The position numbers were made by a program, and so were the translations under genes. DNA of 59,831 nt, counting the filler, from Candidatus Tectimicrobiota bacterium (GTDB taxonomy: Bacteria > JACPSX01), in the NCBI GenBank assembly GCA_016193065.1. It is 3 parts of 3 records of this genome, joined end to end, with 100 filler letters (N's around TTAATTAATTAA, not from the genome) between each part and the next. Parts side by side here need not be neighbours in the genome. Positions count along the whole stretch, not along the records: positions 23,763 to 45,212 come from JACPSX010000007.1; positions 45,313 to 59,831 come from JACPSX010000008.1; 1 more part is not named here. One strand, given 5' to 3'. A model generated the notes under the pieces. The model did not search any database. It was not told the origin of the DNA and saw nothing but the letters and a program-made list of their open reading frames with translations. Positions 39,653-48,900 of this stretch are shown here, piece by piece; the stretch's first letter is position 1; every line of letters starts with the position of its first letter.

Positions 39653-40881
39653 TTCTTCAGCCGCGACTGCGCCAGCAGCGCTTCTTTGCTGTCGGGGGCG
39701 AAGTCGACCGTGCGCTGGTAGTGCGTGCGCGCCAGCGCCGTCTTGTTCTGCCGCGCATAGGTCTCCGCCAGATAGAAATGGGCGACGCCGTTCGCCGGAT
39801 CAATCTCCAGCCCCTGGGTGAAGCCCCGCACCGCCGCATCGAACTCCCCGGCCTTGAACAGCTCGAAGGCCTGGTTGAACAGTTTTGTCGCCCCATCGCG
39901 CGCGCTTGCGCTCAGATTCTGCGATCTGCGGACATTTTCAGCTCGTTCGGCGGCTTGGGCTTTGGCTTGATTGGCGACTACCCGGGCTAACTGTTCGGAA
40001 CTGACTGGCACTAATCCTAAGTCAAGAAGTCTCTCACGCAGGTCAGTTGTGTTATCGGTCTTTGAAATCTCGGAATTGAGCCGTACAAGGACCGGCTGCG
40101 GTGTCCCTGCCGGCACGAAAAAGGCATACGCGAGGGAAGGCGGCTCGAAACCCGGCACGACTTCCCGGACATTGGGGACATCGGGCAACGCCGGATACCG
40201 CTCCGGGCCGGTGACCGCCAGCAGCTTGAGATTTAGACTGGGCATTCGACTGCGCATCATTTCTATGGGGGCGAACAGCATGGATGCTAAGCCCGCAGTA
40301 AGCGCGCTTATGGCTGGGCTGGTGCCCGTGTAAGGCACGTCCGCGATTTCGGCGCCAGTCGATCTTTGGAATGCATCGTTCAACAGATGGGCGGCTCCGC
40401 CGGCGCCGGTGCTGGCAAAGGACAGTTTTTTCGGATTCCGTTTGGCGTATTCCACCAACTCTTGAACCGAGTTCGCCGGCACCGACGGGTTGACGAAGAG
40501 ACCGAATACGGGCTCGGCCACTGACGTAACGAGGGTGAGGTCTCGCTTGGGGTCAAAAGGCAGGTTCGGAATCGTGCTGGCGAACAGACTGTTGGTCGTC
40601 GTGAACAAGACCGTGTGCCCATCAGGCGCCGAGCGAGCGACAGCCTGGCTTCCGACGGCGCCTCCCGCGCCTGGAATGTTCCGGATCGTGACTGGCTGGC
40701 CCATGGTGGATTCAATCTTCCGGGCGATCAGACGCGCGACTATATCGCTGGACCCTCCCACGGCAAAAGGCACCACGATCTGTATCGGCTTCGAAGGGTA
40801 GTCCTGTGAATGAGCACGAAGCGGCACCAGTGCAGCAATGCAAGTTACTCCAATCATGCAAGCCCATGCGAATCGTTTCAT
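39649..40881 (-). CDS. Bug/TctC tripartite tricarboxylate transporter-type binding protein fused to a C-terminal TPR
   Basis: YPSKPIQIVVPF..GG..D..AR, N.PGAGG, APDGHT, VPY.G, LPDVP, PAGTP; last ~80 aa TPR. Confidence 0.85.
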   Translation of the reverse strand: MKRFAWACMIGVTCIAALVPLRAHSQDYPSKPIQIVVPFAVGGSSDIVARLIARKIESTMGQPVTIRNIPGAGGAVGSQAVARSAPDGHTVLFTTTNSLFASTIPNLPFDPKRDLTLVTSVAEPVFGLFVNPSVPANSVQELVEYAKRNPKKLSFASTGAGGAAHLLNDAFQRSTGAEIADVPYTGTSPAISALTAGLASMLFAPIEMMRSRMPSLNLKLLAVTGPERYPALPDVPNVREVVPGFEPPSLAYAFFVPAGTPQPVLVRLNSEISKTDNTTDLRERLLDLGLVPVSSEQLARVVANQAKAQAAERAENVRRSQNLSASARDGATKLFNQAFELFKAGEFDAAVRGFTQGLEIDPANGVAHFYLAETYARQNKTALARTHYQRTVDFAPDSKEALLAQSRLKK

Positions 40882-40899
40882 GGCATAGCTCCCTATGCG

Positions 40900-41695
40900 G
40901 TACTATTTTTCATTGCGCCGGCGGCAATCCGCGCGATTTCCTTCCCGGCGGCAAGGTCCCACACCAGCACCTGGCCTCAATGTGACATTCGGGTAATCCG
41001 CATGCGAGGAGACGCGCCACTCGCAAAGGTCCCAGACGAGTCCTGATGCGTGCCGAAGCGTCACGAATCATGAGGTTACGGTGTCAAGATTCGGACCTTC
41101 GTAGCCCGCGTGGCCCGCGGCTCCGAGGAGGTTAAGCGCCGGGCGTTTTGACGCATCGGGGCTAGGACTTCCCACCTTTCGGGCTCGAGTCCGGCTGGCA
41201 GGCGACGGCCAAGCCCAAATCGTCGTTCACGGCAGCCGTGGCCAGTCCCTGGAACTGGACCACGATCGCCAGGTCGTCGGCCCGGACCATGCGGGCGCCA
41301 CGGGAGTCTCCAGACAGCACCGCGTGACGGCCGGACACCCCGATTCCCGTGATCCCCGGTGGCAGCGGCTGCTCAGCTCCGGTTTTCCTGTCGTAGAGAC
41401 GCTGGTCCTTCCCGTCCGCACTTGTGACAGAGATCCAGCGATTGCCATGAAACCAAGCATAGCCACCGGGCAGGCCGAGGGAAAGGCCGGTTTTCGTGTC
41501 GTAAGCACCGATGGAGGTGGTTTTGCCGATGTAGTCGGTAACCAGGAAAGCCTCGCCGTCCGGCGAAAATTTGACCGTGGGAGAATCGAACGAGCCGACC
41601 TCGTAAACGAATCGACACGCCGGCGCCGCCGTCTGCGCTGCCGCGGGCGTAGCGAAAAACATAAGTGATGCGAGAAGAAGGAGAATTCGTTTCAT
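40900..41695 (-). pseudogene. Interrupted secreted WD40/beta-propeller gene
   Basis: MKRILLLLASL signal and FSPDG blade end at a stop at 41162; a separate C-terminal fragment QVLVWDLAAGKEIARI at ~40900-40975. Confidence 0.5.
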
Positions 41696-41844
41696 TTTCC
41701 TATCCTCGTCCGCGCGATGGCTGCTTCCTTGCTGTCGGGGGCGAAGTCTATCGTGCGCTGCTAGTGCTGGCGTACCGGCGCCGTCTTGTTCTAGCAGCCA
41801 ACACATCAGAACCAAGACACGCCCCCTCCATCGGCACAGCGAAA

Positions 41845-42751
41845 TCATGTACATGTCACCTTTTCCCGCCGGATCGCGGAGCGCCTGCCGCGGGAGCGCG
41901 CTTTCATTGAGGTACACCTCGCAGGCCCAGCGGAGCTTCGCCTCGAGCGACTCGCTGTACCGGGTGTCCTCTCGCGCCCGCATCGCGGTATTCAAGCCTA
42001 CCGTGTATCCGAAATCGTCGACGGTCACGACTCTCATTACGAAATCGCCGTTTTGGGTGTACTCCACCGCGACTTCCGCGAACGCGAAGCGGCATTCGGC
42101 CGGAACGGGAATCTTCTCGATCCGCGAGAAGGGGTCATCGGAGCCAGGTGCCCGCAGCCAGGCCTGCGCCTGTATCGCCTCGTAGGCGCCGGGAAACGCG
42201 GTAATGCAACGGTTCGAGACCGCATCGCGCTCTCGGGCATGCCATTCCCACCGCTGCCACTGCTCGGTCCTGCGCGGATATTCCCTCCGGATCCGCTCCC
42301 ATTCCGCGGCGTCCATTGCGCGCAAGGTGCCGAAATGCGCGTCGCACTCCGCGCGCGAGGGGCCACCAGCGAGCGGGTTTTCCGGCAAGGTCGGGCGCCC
42401 CGGTCGATCGCTGGCCTCTCTGGGAGGAGCGCTCGGGCGCGACGGCTCCGGCTGGCGCACATTAGTTGAGCCGCCCGAGGGCCTCCCTGACGGCCCGCTG
42501 GCGGACGTCGCCACTTCGCACCGGGTCGGGGCGCCGGGTATCCCGGGGTTGACGTACCTCCCGCCGTGGCTAGCGCAGAAAGACGGCGTGACCTTGTACG
42601 CCGCGCAGAGTTGTCCACCTTTCCACTCAAACCCCGCAGGGCAGCTTTGCGCTGGAGCCGGCGCCGGCGCCAACAGCACGCCCGCCACCGCCACCGCGGC
42701 AACCCAAACGAACACCGCCTTCACGCCTTTGCCAGTCTGACAGCCCATCAT
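41845..42751 (-). CDS. Secreted Cys/Pro-rich hypothetical protein (first part of a mosaic 529 aa ORF)
   Basis: Signal peptide, CPAGFEW..LC..FC..RC domain, Pro-rich linker; 3' end fused to fragments of other genes. Confidence 0.5.
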
Positions 42752-42843
42752 GCTCTGCTTCTTTCTTGCTCTCGCTTCAGCCGCACCTCGGAGAGACCGG
42801 TTCGTCGGACTCTTGTAGAGATAATGTGGATGTCGCCTTTTCC

Positions 42844-44043
42844 TTATTGATTGTTATAGCGCTGCCTTACGGCAATGGCTGTCGTCGTGTTGCAACCTGA
42901 CGCGCCCTCGGCGCACGCCCAAACTATTTCCGGTTTATGTCCATGGTAACTGTAGATCCCGGACGATGAATCGGGCGCCTTTCCCAATCTGCCCATATCG
43001 TACTCTACCGGGCTCTGAAAATTTCTTCCTGAAAAGACATAATTGATCGAGAAGGGGCAGCGATTTTGCAGCTTGTAGTTAGCGTCCCTTATATGTGTCA
43101 CATCGATGCATGATTTCGGATCGCCAATTTGGCCAGGATTTCGATCTTGCGGCGGGCGCGCGAACGGGTTGTCGGGCGACGGTGCCCCGGCCGACGCGGA
43201 GCCGTCGACGAACGGATTATCAGGCGATACGGTTCTCCCGCCGCGGGCAGAGGGGTTCCCGCTGCCGCCCGCCGGAGACGATATGGTGCTGCCGAAAGGA
43301 TTCGGAGCGGTCCCGCCAGCGCCTGCCCCGGCCGGCGCCCAGGGATTGATCATGGCCTGGCGTTTCTTGTCGTCCGCGGCCTTCTCGGCTGCAGCTCGCC
43401 GCTTTTTCTCCAACTCTTCGGCCTCGAGCCGCGCCTGCTCCCGCATCTGAAGGCGCTCGCGGGCATCGCGAATATGATTCTCCATGACGGCCATGTTTCC
43501 GCCCTCGCCGTTCTGCTGAAAGTACTGGTATCCGCGCTGGAAGGCGTAAAGAGCCTCCTCATACCGACCGCTGTTGTAATGCTCCAGCCCCTCCTGCTCC
43601 GCCTCGCGGCCCAGGCGGTTGTTCTCCTGGCGCTGCTTCTGCTCCTGCTGCCGGCTCATGTCGCGGAGGATGCCGAGGCCACGCTGCAAGGCCCCCATGC
43701 CCTGCTGGAAGCGGTTACCGCCGCCCCCGCCGCCGGAATAACCACCGCCTCCACCGCCGCCGCCCGAGCCGCTCAAAGAGGCCCAGCATTGCCGGGCGTG
43801 GCTCTCGTAGGTCCGTGCCGCCTGGAGGTGAGCTGGATCGCGGTGTTGGTTGTAGAGGTTCATGTTCTGCTGGGCGAGGTTCTGCATCTGCTGGCAGTCC
43901 GCCGCCGTGGCCGCGACAGCCCCGCGGGGCTGGGACAAGAGCAGGAAGGCCGCCAGAAGCGCCAATGAGCCGCGAACCGCCGCCGCGAAGTACATGGGAA
44001 GACAAAAGGCAACGAGCCGAGCCATTGAAACACTGGATTTCAT
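42844..44043 (-). CDS. Secreted hypothetical protein (helical domain, Gly linker, TPR-like repeat, NPF repeats, Cys-containing C-terminal domain)
   Basis: 399 aa ORF with a signal-like N-terminus and recognisable low-complexity linkers. Confidence 0.65.
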   Translation of the reverse strand: MKSSVSMARLVAFCLPMYFAAAVRGSLALLAAFLLLSQPRGAVAATAADCQQMQNLAQQNMNLYNQHRDPAHLQAARTYESHARQCWASLSGSGGGGGGGGYSGGGGGGNRFQQGMGALQRGLGILRDMSRQQEQKQRQENNRLGREAEQEGLEHYNSGRYEEALYAFQRGYQYFQQNGEGGNMAVMENHIRDARERLQMREQARLEAEELEKKRRAAAEKAADDKKRQAMINPWAPAGAGAGGTAPNPFGSTISSPAGGSGNPSARGGRTVSPDNPFVDGSASAGAPSPDNPFARPPQDRNPGQIGDPKSCIDVTHIRDANYKLQNRCPFSINYVFSGRNFQSPVEYDMGRLGKAPDSSSGIYSYHGHKPEIVWACAEGASGCNTTTAIAVRQRYNNQ

Positions 44044-44154
44044 GCTTCCCCCCCTCTGCGCGACAAAAAAGTTGCCCGATTTGCTTGGCCTAATTGAGAA
44101 ATACTGGATTGATGAAAATTAACCCCTAATCTGCCTTTTGTCAACTTTTTTACA

Positions 44155-44353
44155 GGTGTTGAAAAACCCTGTTTCCAGGCCGGTCAAAAAGGTCCCAGAT
44201 GCGAGGCGCGCGAGAAATCGACGACCTGTCTGCGTGCGGACCTGTCTGCCGTGTCGGCACAGGCAGGCACGCACAGGCAGAGCGCAGGCGTACCTAAGAA
44301 GTACGTCGGAGCGAGGCGGTCGAGCGCAACGAAGCAGATGGGCCTTTTTCAGT
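44155..44353. mobile_element. MITE/REP-like non-coding element with nested palindromic insertions
   Basis: Outer arms AAAAAGGTCCCAGATGCG...GCAGATGGGCCTTTTT; inner CCTGTCTGCGTGC..GCACGCACAGGCAG containing CCTGTCTGCCG..CGGCACAGGCAG. Confidence 0.6.
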
Positions 44354-44496
44354 TGACATGGGGTCGATGCGTAGGACATATCAGAAGCACAATGTATCTG
44401 CGCCACACAACACGTCGGAAGGCCGGACGGACTTCTTGCCGCACTGGCTGCAGGAGCGAGTTTCCGGTACAATATGGGATTATTCCGAGGGGGACC

Positions 44497-45212
44497 ATGG
44501 GCTTCTACCAATTTCGCGGCGAGAACCGGGAATGGACTGACCGGGAGGTCGTGGGCGAGCGGCCGCTGACGATCAACGTCAACGGTAAGGAGCTCGTCCG
44601 CTTCCTGTGCACCCCGGAAAAGCTCACGTACCTGGTCGAACGGCCGCTGACCATCAACGTCAACGGCAAGGAGCTCGTGCGCTTCCTGTGCACCCCGGAA
44701 AAGCTCACGTACCTGGTCGTCGGCTTTCTATACTACGAGGGGATCATCCAGGGGATCGAGGACCTGCTCATGGTCCGGGTCTGCGAGGAGGACGGCGTGG
44801 CCGATGTGCAGATCGAAGGGGAGCTGTGCCTGCCTGAAAAGAAGGCCATCACCTCGGGATGCGGTGGGGGGGTCACGTACAATATTGACTTCAGCGCCCA
44901 GTCTCTGGAGAACGTAGCCTGCGAGGTGACCCCGGAGCAGCTCTTTGACCGCATGGCGGATCTCTACGAGCACGCCGTCAAGTACAAAGAGACCCGCGGG
45001 ATTCACACCTCGGCCCTGGCCACCCCGGATGCGCTCCTGGCCTATGCGGAAGACGTGGGGCGTCACAATACCCTGGACAAGCTCATGGGGGAATCCCTCC
45101 TGCGACGGTTCTCCGGCCGCGCCAAGATCCTTCTTTCCTCGGGGCGAATCTCTTCCGAGATGCTCTTGAAAGCAGCCAAGATGCGGGTCCCCATCGTGGT
45201 CTCGCGCACCTC
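44497..45212 (+). CDS. fdhD: Formate dehydrogenase accessory sulfurtransferase (3'-truncated; internal 27 aa duplication)
   Basis: ERPLTINVNG, GFLYYEG, TSGCG, GIH, EDVGRHNTLDKL.G, SGRISSEM. Confidence 0.9.
44557..44718 (+). repeat. 81 nt tandem duplication within fdhD
   Basis: Copies 44557-44637 and 44638-44718 both encode ERPLTINVNGKELVRFLCTPEKLTYLV and differ at 4 synonymous sites. Confidence 0.95.
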
Positions 45213-45312
45213 NNNNNNNNNNNNNNNNNNNNNNNNNNNNNNNNNNNNNNNNNNNNTTAATTAATTAANNNNNNNNNNNNNNNNNNNNNNNNNNNNNNNN
45301 NNNNNNNNNNNN
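45213..45312. other. Artificial contig linker (N-run with TTAATTAATTAA)
   Basis: Same format as 23663-23762. Confidence 0.95.
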
Positions 45313-46264
45313 TGGCCATCTCCCAGATCCAGAACAGACCGGGGCGGGGGAAGCAGGGGTAGTGAGTTTTCATGCCTTCTTCCCAGAGCTCCCGCCAGGC
45401 TTCTCCGTAGCGGCCGCCGCCCTCGATCTTTTCCACGCGCCCGCGCTCCACGTGGACCTTGATGTGCTCGAACGGGCGGGCGTAGTGGCTCGTGGTGCCC
45501 GCCACCACACCGGTGGCGTCTTCCTTTTCAATGAAGGGGGGCGGGGCGTGGCCCAGGAGGTGTCCATACCACCCCTGGGGGGCTTCGTTGTACCCTCTGC
45601 GGTCGCCCCCGTAGTACTCTTCCAGAAGAGTGAACGTCAGGTCGGTCCCCTCGGCGTCGCTGAGGTGGACCTTGCCCCCCCGCCCCTGGTTCCAGATCTT
45701 GCTCCAGGTCTTCTCGTTGATGAACTGATGGAGCGCACGGGGGAAGGTCGTGGAGCCCGATCCCAGATGGGCCGGGATGAGCCACGGGACTTGCTCATAG
45801 CGGTGATCGGTGGCGGGAGTAGGGCCCCCTTTGCCGTGAATGAGGAGGTCGTACTTTTGAGTGTGGGCCAGCTCCTCGATCCAGGGGATCCCCTCCCAGC
45901 GCCGGGGCTCCTCGCGCCAGTGGCGGCGCCGCATGACCACCTTGATCTCGTCCAGATCCTCGAATTCCCGGTTGGGTCCCGCGTCCACCGTCATGATGTC
46001 CACCTTGGCCCCTTTGTCCCGCAGGGCCCGGGCGAACGCCTCCACGACCCGGTGATCGTAATGGGTGTCCACCGCGAGAAGGACGCGATCTGCCTTCTTC
46101 GTCTGGCCGTAGCCGATGAACCCCACGTTCGGGCTGCGCCATTCCGTCCCATCGGCGACCACCCGGGCGTAGGACACCAGGTCGTCCAGACTCATCACAG
46201 CCGGACCCGAACCGGGTCTCCCCTCGGGAGCCATTCTGTACGTGCCGCCATCGAAGTCACACAT
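45313..46264 (-). CDS. Hypothetical protein, possibly thermophilic metallopeptidase (M29)-like fold; 3'-truncated
   Basis: EGTDLTF, ATGVVAG, IKVHVERGRVEKIEGG, WEMA resemble aminopeptidase-T-like C-domain elements. Confidence 0.5.
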
Positions 46265-46554
46265 GTGCCCGGCCTCCTCTATGATCTAAGTCGTTAGGGC
46301 GAAACCTGCGAGCTCTTCTCCGTTCGTGGTGAGCTTGTCGAACCACGAAAACAAAAGGTTTTCAGCACACTCTGGCCTGTGTTTCCATCTCGAAGATTGC
46401 TCTATCTTAGGATCTAGACGGATCGAGTGTCAACGAAAAACAAAACGAACTCGCTGTCCCTCTCCCTTTTATTCTTCCGTCTCAGTTAGGTCCTTTGGCA
46501 TGTGGAACCACAGCCCTGGGTCCGAATCCCCGGGGTATTTTGCATAGCGCCATC

Positions 46555-46589
46555 TTGACCATCCGATGGGGTTGTAAGATAATGCTCAT
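46555..46589 (+). promoter_or_regulatory. Putative sigma70 promoter of brnTA
   Basis: TTGACC-17 nt-GATAAT directly before the start codon. Confidence 0.5.
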
Positions 46590-46895
46590 GTGGAGAAACC
46601 GTTCCAGTATCAATTCGAGTGGGACCCCGTCAAAGCCCGGCAGAATGTGAAAAAGCACGGGGTCACTTTTGAACGTGCGGCCACGATCTTTCTTGACCCC
46701 CAGACCCTGTCAGAGTTTGATGAGGAGTATGGTCAAGAGGAAGATTGGTGGGTTACTCTTGGATTGGACCGTACGGGGACCTTGTTGGTCGTCTGTCACA
46801 CCTATCGTGAAGTTACGGCAACCAGTGCATGGATTCGGATTATCTCGGCGCGCAAAGCGACGAGGAACGAAGCCAAGCAGTATACGAGGAAATGA
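46590..46895 (+). CDS. brnT: BrnT-family (DUF497) toxin
   Basis: FEWDPVKARQNVKKHGVTFE...IRIISARKAT..E...Y. Confidence 0.9.
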   Translation: MEKPFQYQFEWDPVKARQNVKKHGVTFERAATIFLDPQTLSEFDEEYGQEEDWWVTLGLDRTGTLLVVCHTYREVTATSAWIRIISARKATRNEAKQYTRK

Positions 46896-46898
46896 GCG

Positions 46899-47099
46899 AT
46901 GAAACGCGAATATGACTTTTCTAAGGCCGTGAGAGGGAAATTTTATCGGAAGGGAGCAGAGCTGCGCCTGCCCATTTACCTTGATGCTAAGTTGCAAAGG
47001 CAGCTTGAGCGTATTGCACGGAAGAAGGGCAAGGATATTGGAGATGTAGTGAATCAGTTTGTGAAGAAGGAAGTGGAGCTGATCGAAAAATTCAGGTGA
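46899..47099 (+). CDS. BrnA/CopG-like antitoxin
   Basis: MKREYDFSKAVRGKFY plus RHH-like C-terminus. Confidence 0.8.
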   Translation: MKREYDFSKAVRGKFYRKGAELRLPIYLDAKLQRQLERIARKKGKDIGDVVNQFVKKEVELIEKFR

Positions 47100-47544
47100 G
47101 TTCCAAGAAGAAACGGACCCCTCGCTCAAGCTGACGCAGTTCATCCCGCCGCCGACTGTTTGGTGTAAGCAGTGGTTTCTACGAGCATCTGAACCCGCAG
47201 CGGCCGAGCCAAATACCCGGGCTTTTCGGATACCGAAAAAACCCCTTGTGCCCACAACCAGGATGGGTTTAGAATTTCCGCACCGGAGCTCTACAATATC
47301 CTTCTCGTTCCAGCTCGAATTTCCATCCCATACCGCGGTCCTTTGCGAAGGGCACAATGATTCGCTGGCAAAACGATACTTTTGGTTTGCTCGCGCTGCG
47401 ATGCGCTGATCTCCCGGGTCTCGGTCTTGAGCGATATCTTTCAGTCCACCCTGAAACAACGTCCCCCTTTGCGTCCCCCGATCTTTCCCCTTGTCCCCAC
47501 GAATCGCTTGTGCTAGGGTTTTCCTGGAAGGAAGAAAATCAGGT

Positions 47545-47796
47545 ATGAAGAAGAAAACAACGTTGGCTGTAGAGATTGCGCCTCGCATTACGGTGGATCC
47601 TCAGGTACGGTTCGGTCAGCCTGTAATCAAGGGAACGCGTGTCCCTGTAGCTGTGATTTTGGACGAAATGGCCGCTGGAACCACTTTGGAGGACATCACA
47701 CGCGAATATGGAGTCGCGCGGGAAGACGTCCGTGCGGTCTTACGCTATGCCGCTGAGATCATCACTGGTGAGGACATAAAGGTAGCTCACGGGTGA
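47545..47796 (+). CDS. DUF433 antitoxin
   Basis: ITVDPQVRFGQPVIKGTRVPV...DVRAVLRYA. Confidence 0.9.
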   Translation: MKKKTTLAVEIAPRITVDPQVRFGQPVIKGTRVPVAVILDEMAAGTTLEDITREYGVAREDVRAVLRYAAEIITGEDIKVAHG

Positions 47797-48164
47797 TCCG
47801 GTTCCTAATCGATGCTGACCTGCCGCGTTCTGCATGTGTCACCTTGCGGCAAAAAGGGTATTTCGCCGATGATGTTCGCGACTTAGATCTTGGCACGGCA
47901 TCTGATGATGCCATTTTTCAGCATGCAACGACCCATGGCTACACCTTGATCTCAGCCGATAAAGGCTTCTCCAACCTCCTCCGTTTCTCCCTGGGAACTC
48001 ATCAGGGGATCCTTGTGGCACGGTTCCCACGACACACGTCGGCCCGAGCGAAAGTCCGGATTCTTCTCCGATGGATCCCCACGCTCCAAGAAGAAGATTT
48101 AAGGGGCAACCTGCTAATCATCCAAGCGAAAGGGGTACGGATCCGGCGAGCCAAGGCCAGATAG
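47793..48164 (+). CDS. DUF5615 PIN-like toxin
   Basis: RFLIDADLP, ASDDAI, LISADKGF, HQGI. Confidence 0.85.
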   Translation: MIRFLIDADLPRSACVTLRQKGYFADDVRDLDLGTASDDAIFQHATTHGYTLISADKGFSNLLRFSLGTHQGILVARFPRHTSARAKVRILLRWIPTLQEEDLRGNLLIIQAKGVRIRRAKAR

Positions 48165-48481
48165 CTCTACAATCTGCCACGTAAGGCCAATCTTAGAACT
48201 GCTAGTCGTGTAAGAGCCCCTCCTTCCCCCCCGGTGAAGGAAAATCCAATCTTCTCTCCCCCGGAGAGGGTCCGGGTGAGCTGAGGAACTATAGGGGACG
48301 TTGTTCCTAGTGCCGTTCCTAACTGCGGCATGGTGTGCCATGGCAGGGTGCAGGAAAGGGGGTCAGAAGGCTTGCGAGCTCGGTGCCGAAAAAGGCGCTG
48401 GGCGGATTCGCACGAAATACTTGCCAGGGCAGCCAGATTGTCATATGTTGTGCGCACAGAGAGTGCGCATAAGGAGCAGGC

Positions 48482-48730
48482 ATGGTAGGGAAGCTCTTTA
48501 ACCCCAACGCGCCCAAAAAATCCACCAACTTGAGCGTCAACAGCGATCTTCTCCGGCAAGCCAGGGAGAACCGCATCAACCTGTCGCAAACCCTTGAACA
48601 GCGCCTTGCAGAACTGTTGCTGGAAGAGAAGCGGCGGAGATGGCGGGAAGAAAATCGAGAAGCAATTGAAGCCTACAACCAGCGAATCGGGACACGTGGC
48701 GTATTCAGCGACGGGTTGAGGCGTTTCTGG
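48482..48730 (+). CDS. ccdA: CcdA antitoxin (stop codon lost; frame reads through to 48904)
   Basis: KKSTNLSVNSDLL.QAR...INLS..LE...W.EENREAIEAYN...GVFSDGLRRF; TGTGCGCACA palindrome upstream. Confidence 0.85.
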
Positions 48731-48825
48731 TGGCACAGTTCGATGTCTACGGAAATCCGAACAAGGAGACGAACCGGGCGATTCGACCATCCAACCGCGC
48801 GCCGGCGTGCTCTGAAGGGCGCTGA
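48730..48825 (+). pseudogene. ccdB: Truncated ccdB toxin
   Basis: GTG-AQFDVYGNPNKETNRAI matches the CcdB N-terminus, then diverges and stops after 31 codons. Confidence 0.75.
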
Positions 48826-48900
48826 CAACTTGCCGGCGGAAAGGCTGCCGAAGCGGCCCAGCGCCGGTGAACTGTCAAAAGAAGAGGTTCACGTCTCCAG

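Noticed and set aside
46710-47588. 292 aa minus-strand ORF across brnA
   Set aside because: Overlaps TA genes on the opposite strand and has no recognisable domain.
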